Shown: one piece after another, positions 27,402-36,867 of the stretch
Layout: each line of letters starts with the position of its first letter
How positions within the stretch are numbered: position 1 is the stretch's first letter
Source: an uncultured Verrucomicrobiae bacterium
Lineage (GTDB): Bacteria > Verrucomicrobiota > Verrucomicrobiia > Chthoniobacterales > UBA10450
NCBI GenBank assembly: GCA_963735805.1
Contig: CAVTMK010000002.1
Coordinates: 832,001 to 896,000, forward strand
Direction: 5' to 3'
Length of the DNA: 64,000 bases
The notes under the pieces: generated by a model
What the model was told of the DNA's origin: nothing
Seen by the model: only the letters and a program-made list of their open reading frames with translations
The model's database searches: none
Translations under genes and position numbers: made by a program

Positions 27402-30041
27402 ATGAGCGACGCCGAACGGCCTGATCCAGATGCGCTTCTCGCCCGCATGAAGCGTGAAGAAACCGCTGCGGCGCGCGGGAAACTGAAGATTTTTTTCGGG
27501 ATGTCGCCGGGCGTGGGTAAGACGTACGCCATGCTGCAGGCCGCGCGGCAGAAACAAGCCGAAGGATGTGAGGTCGTGGTGGGGATCGTTGAAACGCACG
27601 GACGTAAGGAGACGGAAGCGTTGCTCGAAGGGATGCCAATCATGCCGCGAACGCAAATCGAATATCGCGGAACAAAGCTCGAGGAGATGGATCTCGATGC
27701 GATTCTCGCCTGGCATCCCGGTCTCGCAGTCGTCGATGAACTGGCACACACCAACGCACCTGGCTCGCGTCATCCAAAGCGTTACCAGGACGTGCTGGAG
27801 CTGCTAGACGCCGGCATCAACGTTTATACAACGCTCAATGTTCAACATGTCGCCAGTCGCGCCGACGTCGTCCGTCAAATCAGTGGTATTTCGGTCCACG
27901 AAACAGTTCCTGATACTGTCCTCGATCTTGCCGACGAAATCGTTCTTGTCGATCTAACCCCGGAGCAACTCCGGGCGCGCTTAGCTGAAGGCAAAGTGTA
28001 TCTCGGCGAGCGCGCGGAGTGGGCAGCGCGAAATTTCTTCCGTGAAAGCAACCTGACCGCCTTGCGCGAAATGGCGTTGCGTCTGGTGGCCGAACATGTC
28101 GATCGCGACCTGCGCGACATCATGTCAGAAGAAAGGATTGCCGGACCCTGGAAGAGTGGCGATCGGTTACTCGTCGCGGTGAGCGCGAGTCCTTACTCCG
28201 AGCGTTTGATTCGTTATACTCGGCGGCTCGCGGCATCCATGGAGGCCTCGTGGATTGTCGCAAATATCGAACAGCCACGCTCCTTGTCGCAGGAGGAACA
28301 AACGCGATTGACCCGCTACCTCGCGCTCGCGCGTCAGTTAGGCGCAGAAGTCATTTCGACACCGGGCACCGATGTTGGCGAAACGTTGTTGCGCATCGCG
28401 CGTGAGCACAACGTCACTCAAATCGTCATTGGAAAGCCGCTTGGAGCGCGGTGGTTTTCCTTTTGGAGGCGCGACCCGTTACGCTGGCTCATGCGCAATA
28501 GCGGAAACATCGACATTCACATGATTCCCGGAGAGGAATCGGCTGCACCGGCAAGGGAAACGGTCGAGGAGCGACTCATACGCGCTCCGTGGCGAGATTT
28601 TGGAATCGCCCTTGGCATTGCCGCGGGCGTCACTGCTCTCTGCTCCGCGATATTCGATTTCACCGGCTATTGGGCTGTCGCGCTTTTTTATCTGCTTGCC
28701 GTCGTGCTTGCCGCTACGCGACTACGCCGCTGGCCGACACTCTTTCTCGCCGGACTCAGCGCGCTTCTGTGGGATTTTCTGTTCATTCCGCCGCGATTCA
28801 CCTTCTACATCACCCATTTTCACGACTTCATGATGTTCGGCGCGTATTTCGTTATCGCCATTGTCATAGGACATCTGGCAACGCAATTGCGCGAACGCGA
28901 ACAGGCCGAGCGTCGTCGGGAGCAACGCGCAACAGCATTATACCGTTTGACACGTTCCCTGGCCGCCAGCGGCGATCTGGATCAAGCGCTTCCAAAAGTT
29001 TTGGCGTTGATCAAAGAATCGTTTCAATCAGATGCCGCAGTTTGGTTGCCCGACGAGAATGGCCTATCGCATCACTGGGCAAGCACGTTCGTGCCGTCTA
29101 GCAAAGACGAAAGCGTAGCAGTTTGGACGTTTCAGAAAAAACAAGCAGCCGGAAAATCGACGGACACCTTGCCGGATGCCGAGTCGCTTCATGTGCCACT
29201 AGTTACCGGCGATGGCGCCGAAGGTGTGTTGACTGTGCGCCTTCCAGTGACGCCTACGCTGGAGCAACGCGAATTGCTCGACGCCTTCGCCGCTCAACTC
29301 GCGCTGTTCGTGAAGAAGGAGCGCGCGCTTGAAGAAAGCCGCGCGGCGCAGATTTCAAGCCAATCCCAGAAGTTGCAGAAAGCGCTGTTCGATTCTGTCT
29401 CACATGAATTGAAGACGCCGCTTGCAGCGATGTCGGTCGCGCTCCAATCCGGCAAACCTTCTGCACAACCCAACCGCGCCGAATTGCAGCAAGCCGTGCA
29501 GCGGCTGACCCGAACTGTCGATCATTTGCTCGATGCGACCCGTTTGGAATCGGGACTCTTGCAACCACTGCGTGAATGGTGCGATCCGGCCGAGTTGGTG
29601 CGCGAAACCGTCACTTCGTCGGGATTAAAGGACAGCGTTGTTCGAATCAACACGCAGAATGACCTGCCCGCTATCTCTGTCGACGCGCGACTGATTCAGC
29701 AAGCGTTAGGTGCCTTGTTATCAAACGCCGCAGCGCACGGCGGAAGTGACAAACCGATCGAAGTGAGTGCAGCGCGGGATGGTTCTATGCTGATTATTTC
29801 CGTGGGAGATCGCGGCCCGGGTCTTGCGCCTGGTGAAGAGAACAAAGTTTTCGAAAAGTTTTATCGCGGTCCGAGAACGCGTCCTGGTGGCCTCGGTCTT
29901 GGGCTTTCCATTGCCCGGCAACTTGTAGAAGCACACGGCGGCGAGCTGCTGGCGCAAAATCGCGAAGGTGGAGGTGCGCGATTTTCCATTCGGCTTCCCG
30001 TTGGTGAACCGATGCGGTTGCCAAGCGAAGCCACCGCGTGA
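27402..30041 (+). CDS. kdpD: Sensor histidine kinase KdpD
   Basis: GMSPGVGKTYAML, VDELAHTN, USP domain, 4 TMs, GAF, SHELKTPL, GLGLGLSI. Confidence 0.97.
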   Translation: MSDAERPDPDALLARMKREETAAARGKLKIFFGMSPGVGKTYAMLQAARQKQAEGCEVVVGIVETHGRKETEALLEGMPIMPRTQIEYRGTKLEEMDLDAILAWHPGLAVVDELAHTNAPGSRHPKRYQDVLELLDAGINVYTTLNVQHVASRADVVRQISGISVHETVPDTVLDLADEIVLVDLTPEQLRARLAEGKVYLGERAEWAARNFFRESNLTALREMALRLVAEHVDRDLRDIMSEERIAGPWKSGDRLLVAVSASPYSERLIRYTRRLAASMEASWIVANIEQPRSLSQEEQTRLTRYLALARQLGAEVISTPGTDVGETLLRIAREHNVTQIVIGKPLGARWFSFWRRDPLRWLMRNSGNIDIHMIPGEESAAPARETVEERLIRAPWRDFGIALGIAAGVTALCSAIFDFTGYWAVALFYLLAVVLAATRLRRWPTLFLAGLSALLWDFLFIPPRFTFYITHFHDFMMFGAYFVIAIVIGHLATQLREREQAERRREQRATALYRLTRSLAASGDLDQALPKVLALIKESFQSDAAVWLPDENGLSHHWASTFVPSSKDESVAVWTFQKKQAAGKSTDTLPDAESLHVPLVTGDGAEGVLTVRLPVTPTLEQRELLDAFAAQLALFVKKERALEESRAAQISSQSQKLQKALFDSVSHELKTPLAAMSVALQSGKPSAQPNRAELQQAVQRLTRTVDHLLDATRLESGLLQPLREWCDPAELVRETVTSSGLKDSVVRINTQNDLPAISVDARLIQQALGALLSNAAAHGGSDKPIEVSAARDGSMLIISVGDRGPGLAPGEENKVFEKFYRGPRTRPGGLGLGLSIARQLVEAHGGELLAQNREGGGARFSIRLPVGEPMRLPSEATA

Positions 30042-30719
30042 ATGAAACCGGTCGCGCTTATCATTGACGATGAAGTGCAAATCCGACGGCTGCTGCGAGT
30101 CGCTCTGGAAGCAGAAAATTATCAGGTCCGCGAAGCTGAGAACGGTCAACAGGGCTTGATTGAAATTGCCAACTACAAACCCGCTGTCATCCTTCTCGAT
30201 CTTGGCCTGCCGGATCTTGAAGGGCTCGAAGTGTTAAGGCGATTGCGTGAATGGAGCGAAGCTCCCGCGGTTGTTCTGACCGTGCGTGACGACGTGCAGG
30301 AAAAAGTGGCCGCCCTCGATGCCGGCGCAGATGACTATGTGACCAAGCCGTTTAGCATACCGGAGTTGCTCGCCCGTCTCCGCGCTGCGCAGCGAAAAAC
30401 ACGCCCGGCAGAGGAAATTTCGGTCTTTAAGCATGGCGATCTTATTGTCGATCTTTCCGCTCACACTGTGACTCGCGCCGGTCGGGAAGTGAAACTGACC
30501 GCCACCGAGTACGCCTTGCTCCGCTTGTTTGTCAGGCATCCTGGCCGCGTTCTCACGCATCGTTACATCTTGCGCGAAATCTGGGGTCCGAAATCAGAAG
30601 AACATCGGCAGTATCTCCGCGTTTACGTCACGCATCTGCGCCAAAAGATCGAGAGCGATCCAGCGAAGCCGTCTTTAATCAAAACCGCGCCTGGAATTGG
30701 CTACCGATTTGCGGGTTGA
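30042..30719 (+). CDS. kdpE: Response regulator KdpE
   Basis: LLDLGLPD, GADDYVTKPF, YLRVYV..LRQKIE, GIGYRF; adjacent to kdpD. Confidence 0.96.
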   Translation: MKPVALIIDDEVQIRRLLRVALEAENYQVREAENGQQGLIEIANYKPAVILLDLGLPDLEGLEVLRRLREWSEAPAVVLTVRDDVQEKVAALDAGADDYVTKPFSIPELLARLRAAQRKTRPAEEISVFKHGDLIVDLSAHTVTRAGREVKLTATEYALLRLFVRHPGRVLTHRYILREIWGPKSEEHRQYLRVYVTHLRQKIESDPAKPSLIKTAPGIGYRFAG

Positions 30720-30891
30720 TGCCTTGTAATCCATCGACACGTTCCCCTCGGTAACGACCATTCGATACACGTACAAAAGCGACCCAACACTCAAAAGCTT
30801 GGCTGGAAAGAATTCGCCTTCGCCAGAAGCTCCCTCGAGAAAGCACTTGCCAGCGAACAAGTGCGCAATGGAGAGTCACACGCAATAAGCG

Positions 30892-32802
30892 ATGGCGAAG
30901 CTGATGGAGGATATTGTTCTCGACGCGAGCGCGGGCGTGCATCGGCCGCGTAATCTGGACTGGAAACGGGCGGCTGCATTGCTGTACGGCGATTGGGGTA
31001 CCAGCAAGGCATACGTCATTGGCCTTGCGTTTGTGGCGGCGGGATTCTCGTCTCTGCCGATCATTCTGGCCGTTTGCGCGCTCACCGGGCTGGTCGGCAT
31101 CAATTACATTGTTATTTGCCGTCATTTCCCCGACGGCGGCGGTGTTTACTCCGCCGCGCGTGAGCAGAGCCGGTTGCTGGCGGTGGTTGGGGCGCTGTTG
31201 CTGGTCGCGGATCTTACGGTCACGGCTGCGCTCAGTGGCTGGTCTGCATTGAGCTACATCACTTCCGGCGCGGAGCAGGTCACTTGGATCAGGCTTGTTC
31301 GCGATCACATCGCGCTGACGACTATTGGCATGCTGCTGCTCATGGGACTGATTAATTACTTCGGCCCGAAACACTCTGGCAGCTTTGCTGTGGCGCTCAC
31401 GTTGCCGACTGCAGTGATAGTTATTCTCTTGATTGCTCTGAGCGCGCCGCACTTCACTACACATTTTCTCGAGCCGCGGCACCAAAGCCTGGGCACGGTG
31501 TGGGTGCAATTCGTCGGCGTCATCCTGGCTTTATCGGGCGCGGAATCCATCGCCAATCTCACCGGCGTCATGAAACTCGATCCAGGATCGACGATGGAAC
31601 ATCCGAGTGTCGCGCGCGAATCGCTGAAGGCCATTACACCGGTAGCACTCGAAGTTGTCATTGGTACGGCGCTGCTCGGGTGGGCGATGCTTTCACTGCC
31701 TTCCGTGCTCGGCAAGACATTGCATCTGACGAATCGCGACGAAATCTCGGCGGTTCTTTGGCAACGCAGTGAAGACATGTTGCGCTTCATCGGCGAGCAA
31801 TTTGCCACGGCCACATTTTCGCCCGGCGTCGGGCAGATTTTCGGCTGGATCGTTGGAATAGTTTTTTGCCTGCTGCTCTTAAGCGCTGCCAACACGGCCA
31901 TCGTAGCGATGATCGGTGTGCTTTATATGATGTCACGCGATCGCGAGATGCCGCGGCAATTCCGACAACTAAACAGTCACGGTGTTCCGCTCTGGCCGCT
32001 GTTCATCGCTACCGGCCTACCAGTGGTCGTGCTACTTTTTGCTGCCAACTTCACCGCGTTGGCCGGCCTTTACGCCATCGGCGTCGTCGGCGCAATCACG
32101 GTCAACGTCGGTTCATGCACATTTAATCGCACCAGGGGTTTCACGTGGTACGATCGCGTCCTGTTTTGCGTAACATTTGTGGTTCTGGCCTTTGTCGAGC
32201 TGACGCTCGCCCACACGAAACTCGACGCCCTTCAATTCGTCCTGGCGATTTTGGTCAGTGGGCTGGCGTTACGCGCGTACACGTTAAAGCTTCAAGGCCT
32301 CACCACTCTCACGGTCACGCGCGAAGTTGCCAATATGGTCACGCCCGACCTCGTGACGAACATGCGACCTCGTTTGGAAGAAGGCCAAAAAATCATGGTC
32401 GCTGCGCGCGGAATTACGCCAGTGCTCAGCTTTGCGATGGATGAAGCCCAGTTGCGCAAGGCCACGCTCTTCGTGTTGTACGTGAAAGAAGTGGCGGTGT
32501 ACTTTACAGCGGCCGGCACGCCGCTTGGCCGGTCCAAATGGCAGGATGATCCTCAAGCGAACGCCATCATGTGTTCGATGCTCAAACTCGGACACGAACG
32601 TGGCATCAACATAGTTCCGCTTTATGCCGTGAGTCAGGACGCGGCCGCTACTATCGTAGATCTTGCCGCTACCATGGGAATCGATTTCCTGGTGATCGGC
32701 GCATCGCAACGGCCGGCTATGGCCAAGTTACTTCGAGGGAGCGTTGCGACCAACGTCGCTCAGCATCTGCCTGAATCGATTAAGTTGCTCATCTTCGGTT
32801 AA
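30892..32802 (+). CDS. APC-superfamily transporter, KimA/Kup-like, with C-terminal USP domain
   Basis: YGDWGTSKAY, GGGVY, SGAESIAN, AANT, LYAIGV; USP-like end DFLVIGAS...LLRGSVATNV. Confidence 0.85.
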   Translation: MAKLMEDIVLDASAGVHRPRNLDWKRAAALLYGDWGTSKAYVIGLAFVAAGFSSLPIILAVCALTGLVGINYIVICRHFPDGGGVYSAAREQSRLLAVVGALLLVADLTVTAALSGWSALSYITSGAEQVTWIRLVRDHIALTTIGMLLLMGLINYFGPKHSGSFAVALTLPTAVIVILLIALSAPHFTTHFLEPRHQSLGTVWVQFVGVILALSGAESIANLTGVMKLDPGSTMEHPSVARESLKAITPVALEVVIGTALLGWAMLSLPSVLGKTLHLTNRDEISAVLWQRSEDMLRFIGEQFATATFSPGVGQIFGWIVGIVFCLLLLSAANTAIVAMIGVLYMMSRDREMPRQFRQLNSHGVPLWPLFIATGLPVVVLLFAANFTALAGLYAIGVVGAITVNVGSCTFNRTRGFTWYDRVLFCVTFVVLAFVELTLAHTKLDALQFVLAILVSGLALRAYTLKLQGLTTLTVTREVANMVTPDLVTNMRPRLEEGQKIMVAARGITPVLSFAMDEAQLRKATLFVLYVKEVAVYFTAAGTPLGRSKWQDDPQANAIMCSMLKLGHERGINIVPLYAVSQDAAATIVDLAATMGIDFLVIGASQRPAMAKLLRGSVATNVAQHLPESIKLLIFG

Positions 32803-32856
32803 GCCAGGAACACTGGTTTTTGTAAGGAGCCCTGAAATTTTCGAACTACCGGATCG

Positions 32857-33798
32857 TTATTTTCGGATTCCAAAAAAGGCTTCCAGCGCGCGGGTCCCCA
32901 GAGCTTTCCAAATTTTGATCACTTCATAGGTGATAACGGTAGTAAAGGTCACCGCCAGCCAAACGCAGACTGCTTCAACCGGCAGGCCGGACCACGCTCC
33001 GATCTGCAGCCCCATAAGAATATTGCTGCGATATTCCCACCAGCCGTACGGTAAAGCGAGCGTCACTTCCCAAAGCAGGCTGATAAGCAGGAGCAGAAAA
33101 AATGTGAAGCTAAACGCGCGCCAGTTGATGAATCGCTGCGCGATGTAAAAAAAACCGGCCGAGGGAATGAGCGAAGCACAAGCGAGATAGGTAAAATACC
33201 ATGGGAACCCTTCGGGTGCGCCGGAAACGAGCTTGCGGTACACAATTGCAGCCGCGATCAAGACGACACCAAGGGCGACGGAAGCAAAATGAAAGCGAAC
33301 GATGCGCGGTACATTCCTGGCTGCTTCTGTGTAGTCAGGGACGTTGTAGGCGGCCATCCAATATTCGTCACACCAGATGTAACTCAGCAGGACGAGCATG
33401 AAGCCTGTCAGATAGAAGATGAATTCTTCGATTGGAATTGCCCCGCCTAACGCTGGAATATCGCAGCGAAGAGTGGCGGCTTTGTTTGGAAAGGTGAAGA
33501 ACACGTTGCCGAAGAGAAGATCCAGCGCGAATCCGAGCGGTGTAAGGACCGCGATCGTCCTCCAAAATGCTTTTCGCGGAAACGTAAGATCAGGCCGGCA
33601 GGCGAACCACCATGCCAGGACTCCAATGGGAATGACGAACAGTCCCAGGCTCCAAGTGTATCCGAGCGGTGTCGGATTATCTGAAGTGCCTTGCAAAACA
33701 GCCGGATGAATGACAGTTCGCAGCGCAATAGCCGCAGGTACAATGAGGGCCGCCGCGATCGCAAACACGACGTAGAAGGACTTTGTCCTTTCTTGCAT
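32857..33798 (-). CDS. Polytopic membrane protein with two lycopene-cyclase-like repeats
   Basis: Two internal repeats ending IPIEEFIFY and LPVEAVCVW; about 8 TMs. The gene call is solid, the function is tentative. Confidence 0.6.
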   Translation of the reverse strand: MQERTKSFYVVFAIAAALIVPAAIALRTVIHPAVLQGTSDNPTPLGYTWSLGLFVIPIGVLAWWFACRPDLTFPRKAFWRTIAVLTPLGFALDLLFGNVFFTFPNKAATLRCDIPALGGAIPIEEFIFYLTGFMLVLLSYIWCDEYWMAAYNVPDYTEAARNVPRIVRFHFASVALGVVLIAAAIVYRKLVSGAPEGFPWYFTYLACASLIPSAGFFYIAQRFINWRAFSFTFFLLLLISLLWEVTLALPYGWWEYRSNILMGLQIGAWSGLPVEAVCVWLAVTFTTVITYEVIKIWKALGTRALEAFFGIRK

Positions 33799-33823
33799 TA
33801 CGAGAGAGCGTAAACAGAACGGT

Positions 33824-33851
33824 TTTAAGTTTTAAGATTTAAGTTTAAAGA
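33824..33851. repeat. Heptamer tandem repeat (TTTAAG[TA]) x4, last copy imperfect
   Basis: TTTAAGT TTTAAGA TTTAAGT TTAAAGA in the divergent intergenic region before serA. Confidence 0.6.
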
Positions 33852-33862
33852 TTGCACTTGTC

Positions 33863-35455
33863 GTGACTCCGCCCAAGGTCCTCATCGCCGACGCAATTTC
33901 GCAGCGCGGAGTAGATGAGCTTTCTCGCGATGGGGCAATCAAGATTGTGGTCAAAACCGGGTTGAGCGAGAAGGAACTTGTCGATCTTATTCCAGACTTC
34001 AGTGGGCTTGTCGTGCGCAGCCAGACAAAAGTCACCGCCGATATCGTGAACGCAGGGGTGAAGTTGCGTGTAGTTGGGCGCGCTGGAGTGGGGGTGGACA
34101 ACGTCGACGTTGAGGCGGCCACGCGCCGCGGCATCATCGTCTTAAATGCGCCGGGTGGAAATACGGTTTCCACCGCCGAGCATGCGTTTTCGCTGTTGCT
34201 TTCAGCGGCGCGCAAAATTCCGCAGGCCGACGCAAACGTTCGCAACAGGAGTTGGGACAAAAAGGCTTTCGAAGGAGTTGAGCTCTACAACAAGACGCTT
34301 GGCGTAATTGGGATGGGCCGGATCGGCAGTGAACTCAGTCGGCGCGCCATTGCTTTCGGTATGCGCGTGATTGCGTACGATCCCTATCTATCTGCAACGC
34401 GCGCCCGCAGCCTGCAGGTCGAGCTGGTGGACGAGCTCGATGATTTGCTTACGAGCGCGGATTTCATTTCGCTGCACACGCCGCTTACGGCAGAAACGCG
34501 GCACATTCTCAATAAAGCGCGGTTAGACAGAACCAAACGCAGTGTCCGCGTTATCAATTGTGCGCGCGGTGGCTTAATTGACGAAAACGCGCTTGTGAAA
34601 GCCTTGCAAGATGGACATGTCGCCTGCGCGGCGCTGGACGTTTTCGAGGTCGAACCGCTTCCAGCCGATTCTCCATTGCGCGGAGCTCCCAATCTTGTTC
34701 TGACTCCGCATCTTGGCGCGTCCACCGCGGAAGCCCAGGAGAGTGTTGGGATTGAGATTGCACACTCGATTCGTGCCGCGCTGATCGAAGGCACCATTCG
34801 CAATGCGGTAAACATGCCCAGTCTCGATGCAAAGACCCTGGCGATCATTGGCCCTCATCTGCGCTTCGGCGAAAAACTGGGCAGATTTCTCTCACAGCTT
34901 GCACCAAAGCGTGCCGAGACTCTGAACGTCAATTACAGCGGTAAAGTCAACGAGGTCGATACGACAGCGATCACTCGTTCAATCTTGAAAGGATTTCTGC
35001 AATTAGCCGGCGGCAGCGAAGTCAACGAAGTCAACGCGCCGGGTTTCGCCGAAAGCCTTGGTTTGAAAGTAGGCGAATCACGTATGAGCGCGCTTGGAGA
35101 CTATACAGACATGCTCGAATTATCCGCTGCGGGCGAAGGAAAAGTTGTTTCGGTCGGCGGCGCGTTCTTCGGTGCTACTCCACGAATCGTCAGCATTAAC
35201 AGTCGCCCGGTAGAAGCGCGGCCGCACGGTGTTGTGCTGGTATTGGAAAACACGGACCGCCCGGGAATGGTTGGGCGAATTGGCACTTTGCTGGGCGATC
35301 ATGGCGTAAACATCGCAACAATGTCGCTGAGTCGAAATCAGGCTGGTGGCACAGCGCTCACCGTGTTGAATCTCGATACCGCACCAAGTGAAAAATTGCT
35401 CACAGAAATTCGGGCAAGCGAAGACATTCGCTCGGCGCAGGTGATTGAGTTATGA
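33863..35455 (+). CDS. serA: D-3-phosphoglycerate dehydrogenase
   Basis: GRAGVGVDNVD, GMGRIG, INCARG, TPHLGAST, C-terminal ASB + ACT domains. Confidence 0.96.
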   Translation: MTPPKVLIADAISQRGVDELSRDGAIKIVVKTGLSEKELVDLIPDFSGLVVRSQTKVTADIVNAGVKLRVVGRAGVGVDNVDVEAATRRGIIVLNAPGGNTVSTAEHAFSLLLSAARKIPQADANVRNRSWDKKAFEGVELYNKTLGVIGMGRIGSELSRRAIAFGMRVIAYDPYLSATRARSLQVELVDELDDLLTSADFISLHTPLTAETRHILNKARLDRTKRSVRVINCARGGLIDENALVKALQDGHVACAALDVFEVEPLPADSPLRGAPNLVLTPHLGASTAEAQESVGIEIAHSIRAALIEGTIRNAVNMPSLDAKTLAIIGPHLRFGEKLGRFLSQLAPKRAETLNVNYSGKVNEVDTTAITRSILKGFLQLAGGSEVNEVNAPGFAESLGLKVGESRMSALGDYTDMLELSAAGEGKVVSVGGAFFGATPRIVSINSRPVEARPHGVVLVLENTDRPGMVGRIGTLLGDHGVNIATMSLSRNQAGGTALTVLNLDTAPSEKLLTEIRASEDIRSAQVIEL

Positions 35456-35518
35456 AAGCGTCGGATCATAGCTTAAGTCTTGCCGCATCGGTACAAATTC
35501 GATAAAACGCGGCTCATT

Positions 35519-35779
35519 ATGGACTTTAGTGCTCACTCTATTCTCTGGGTTCTGGTGATCGGTCTCGTTGTCGGCGCCCTCGCGAAATTGTTGATGCCAG
35601 GAAAAGATCCCGGTGGCTGCATTATCACAATCCTGCTCGGCATCGCGGGCGCATTCGTTGGTACCTGGATCGGACGCATTTTTGCCGGAGAAAATTACGT
35701 TGCCGGCTGGATCATGTCAGTCGTTGGAGCGATGATCCTGCTGTTGCTGTATCGATTGCTCTTCAGGCGCGGCGCTTAG
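35519..35779 (+). CDS. GlsB/YeaQ/YmgE family (transglycosylase-associated) membrane protein
   Basis: IGLVVGALAKLLMPG..G...TILLGIAGAFVG pattern. Confidence 0.9.
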   Translation: MDFSAHSILWVLVIGLVVGALAKLLMPGKDPGGCIITILLGIAGAFVGTWIGRIFAGENYVAGWIMSVVGAMILLLLYRLLFRRGA

Positions 35780-35908
35780 CGATCGCTTGCTCATCTCGGC
35801 TGTAGCACAGGTAAAGCGGCAGTGTTCTGCTGCTTTCGGTGCGAACGATTCGATGCCTTGGCGAACTGCGTTTGCTCCGTCTCGTGAATGCGAGATTGTC
35901 ATTGCTTC

Positions 35909-36859
35909 ATGGCTGCCCCAACCAGAGTTCGCTTCATCGTTGCCTTCGCGGCTCTTTATCTTGTTTGGGGTTCAACCTATCTCGGTATCCGCTTTGCCAT
36001 TGAGACCATTCCGCCGTTTCTCATGGCCGGGGCGCGATTCCTCCTCGCCGGAATGATCATGTTCGCGATTGCGTGGTCGCAAGGTGCTTACAAGGCGAGT
36101 TGGGCGAACTGGCGCGTATCGCTGATCGTCGGCGCATGTCTGCTGCTTGCAGGCAATGGCGGCGTCACGATCTCGGAACAATACATCGACACAGGATTGG
36201 CGGCGCTGATCGTGGCGATTGTTCCGATTTATATTGTTATTCTCGGCTGGGCGACGGGAATGGCGCCCAGACCAACACCGATTGTCTGGCTTGGTCTGGT
36301 CGGTGGTTTTGTTGGTGTTGGCATCTTGCTCGGGCCAGCCCTGCATTTTCCTTCAAACGGCGAAAAACATCCTGCAATTGGAATGGCAATTCTACTCGTT
36401 TCATCTTTCATCTGGTCGGCAGGCTCGCTTTATTCGCGTGCCGCAAAACATGCTGCTTCTCCGTTTCTGACAGCAGCCCAACAAATGCTCTGCGGGGGAC
36501 TGCTGCTTCTGCTTGCTGGTGTTTTGACTGGCGAACTGCGTGGTTTTCATCCGCGCTCCATCTCAATGTTGTCGATCGGTTCCTTCATTTATCTAATAAT
36601 CATAGGGGCTGTGGTTGGTTACACCGCCTACATTTGGCTGCTTCGTCATTGTGAGCCGGCGAAGGTTGCTACTTATGCGTATGTGAATCCGATCGTGGCG
36701 GTGTTGTTGGGTGCCGCTTTTGCAGGGGAAACCTTAAGCCTGCGCGTTTTGATTGCTGGCGCGCTGATTATTGGTTCAGTGGCGATTGTAATCACGACGC
36801 AGCAACTGAGAACAAGAGCAGAGTCGGCAATTCGTCCAACGATCGAACCGGCTGATTGA
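35909..36859 (+). CDS. EamA/DMT transporter (YedA-like)
   Basis: LYLVWGSTYLGIR, IPPFLMAGARF, YAYVNPIVAVLLG. Confidence 0.92.
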   Translation: MAAPTRVRFIVAFAALYLVWGSTYLGIRFAIETIPPFLMAGARFLLAGMIMFAIAWSQGAYKASWANWRVSLIVGACLLLAGNGGVTISEQYIDTGLAALIVAIVPIYIVILGWATGMAPRPTPIVWLGLVGGFVGVGILLGPALHFPSNGEKHPAIGMAILLVSSFIWSAGSLYSRAAKHAASPFLTAAQQMLCGGLLLLLAGVLTGELRGFHPRSISMLSIGSFIYLIIIGAVVGYTAYIWLLRHCEPAKVATYAYVNPIVAVLLGAAFAGETLSLRVLIAGALIIGSVAIVITTQQLRTRAESAIRPTIEPAD

Positions 36860-36867
36860 GCGTGCAG

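Noticed and set aside
30720..30891. c-di-AMP (ydaO) riboswitch before the KimA-like gene
   Set aside because: No GCTGAATC / GGGGGA.CC / GGTGAA core recognised.
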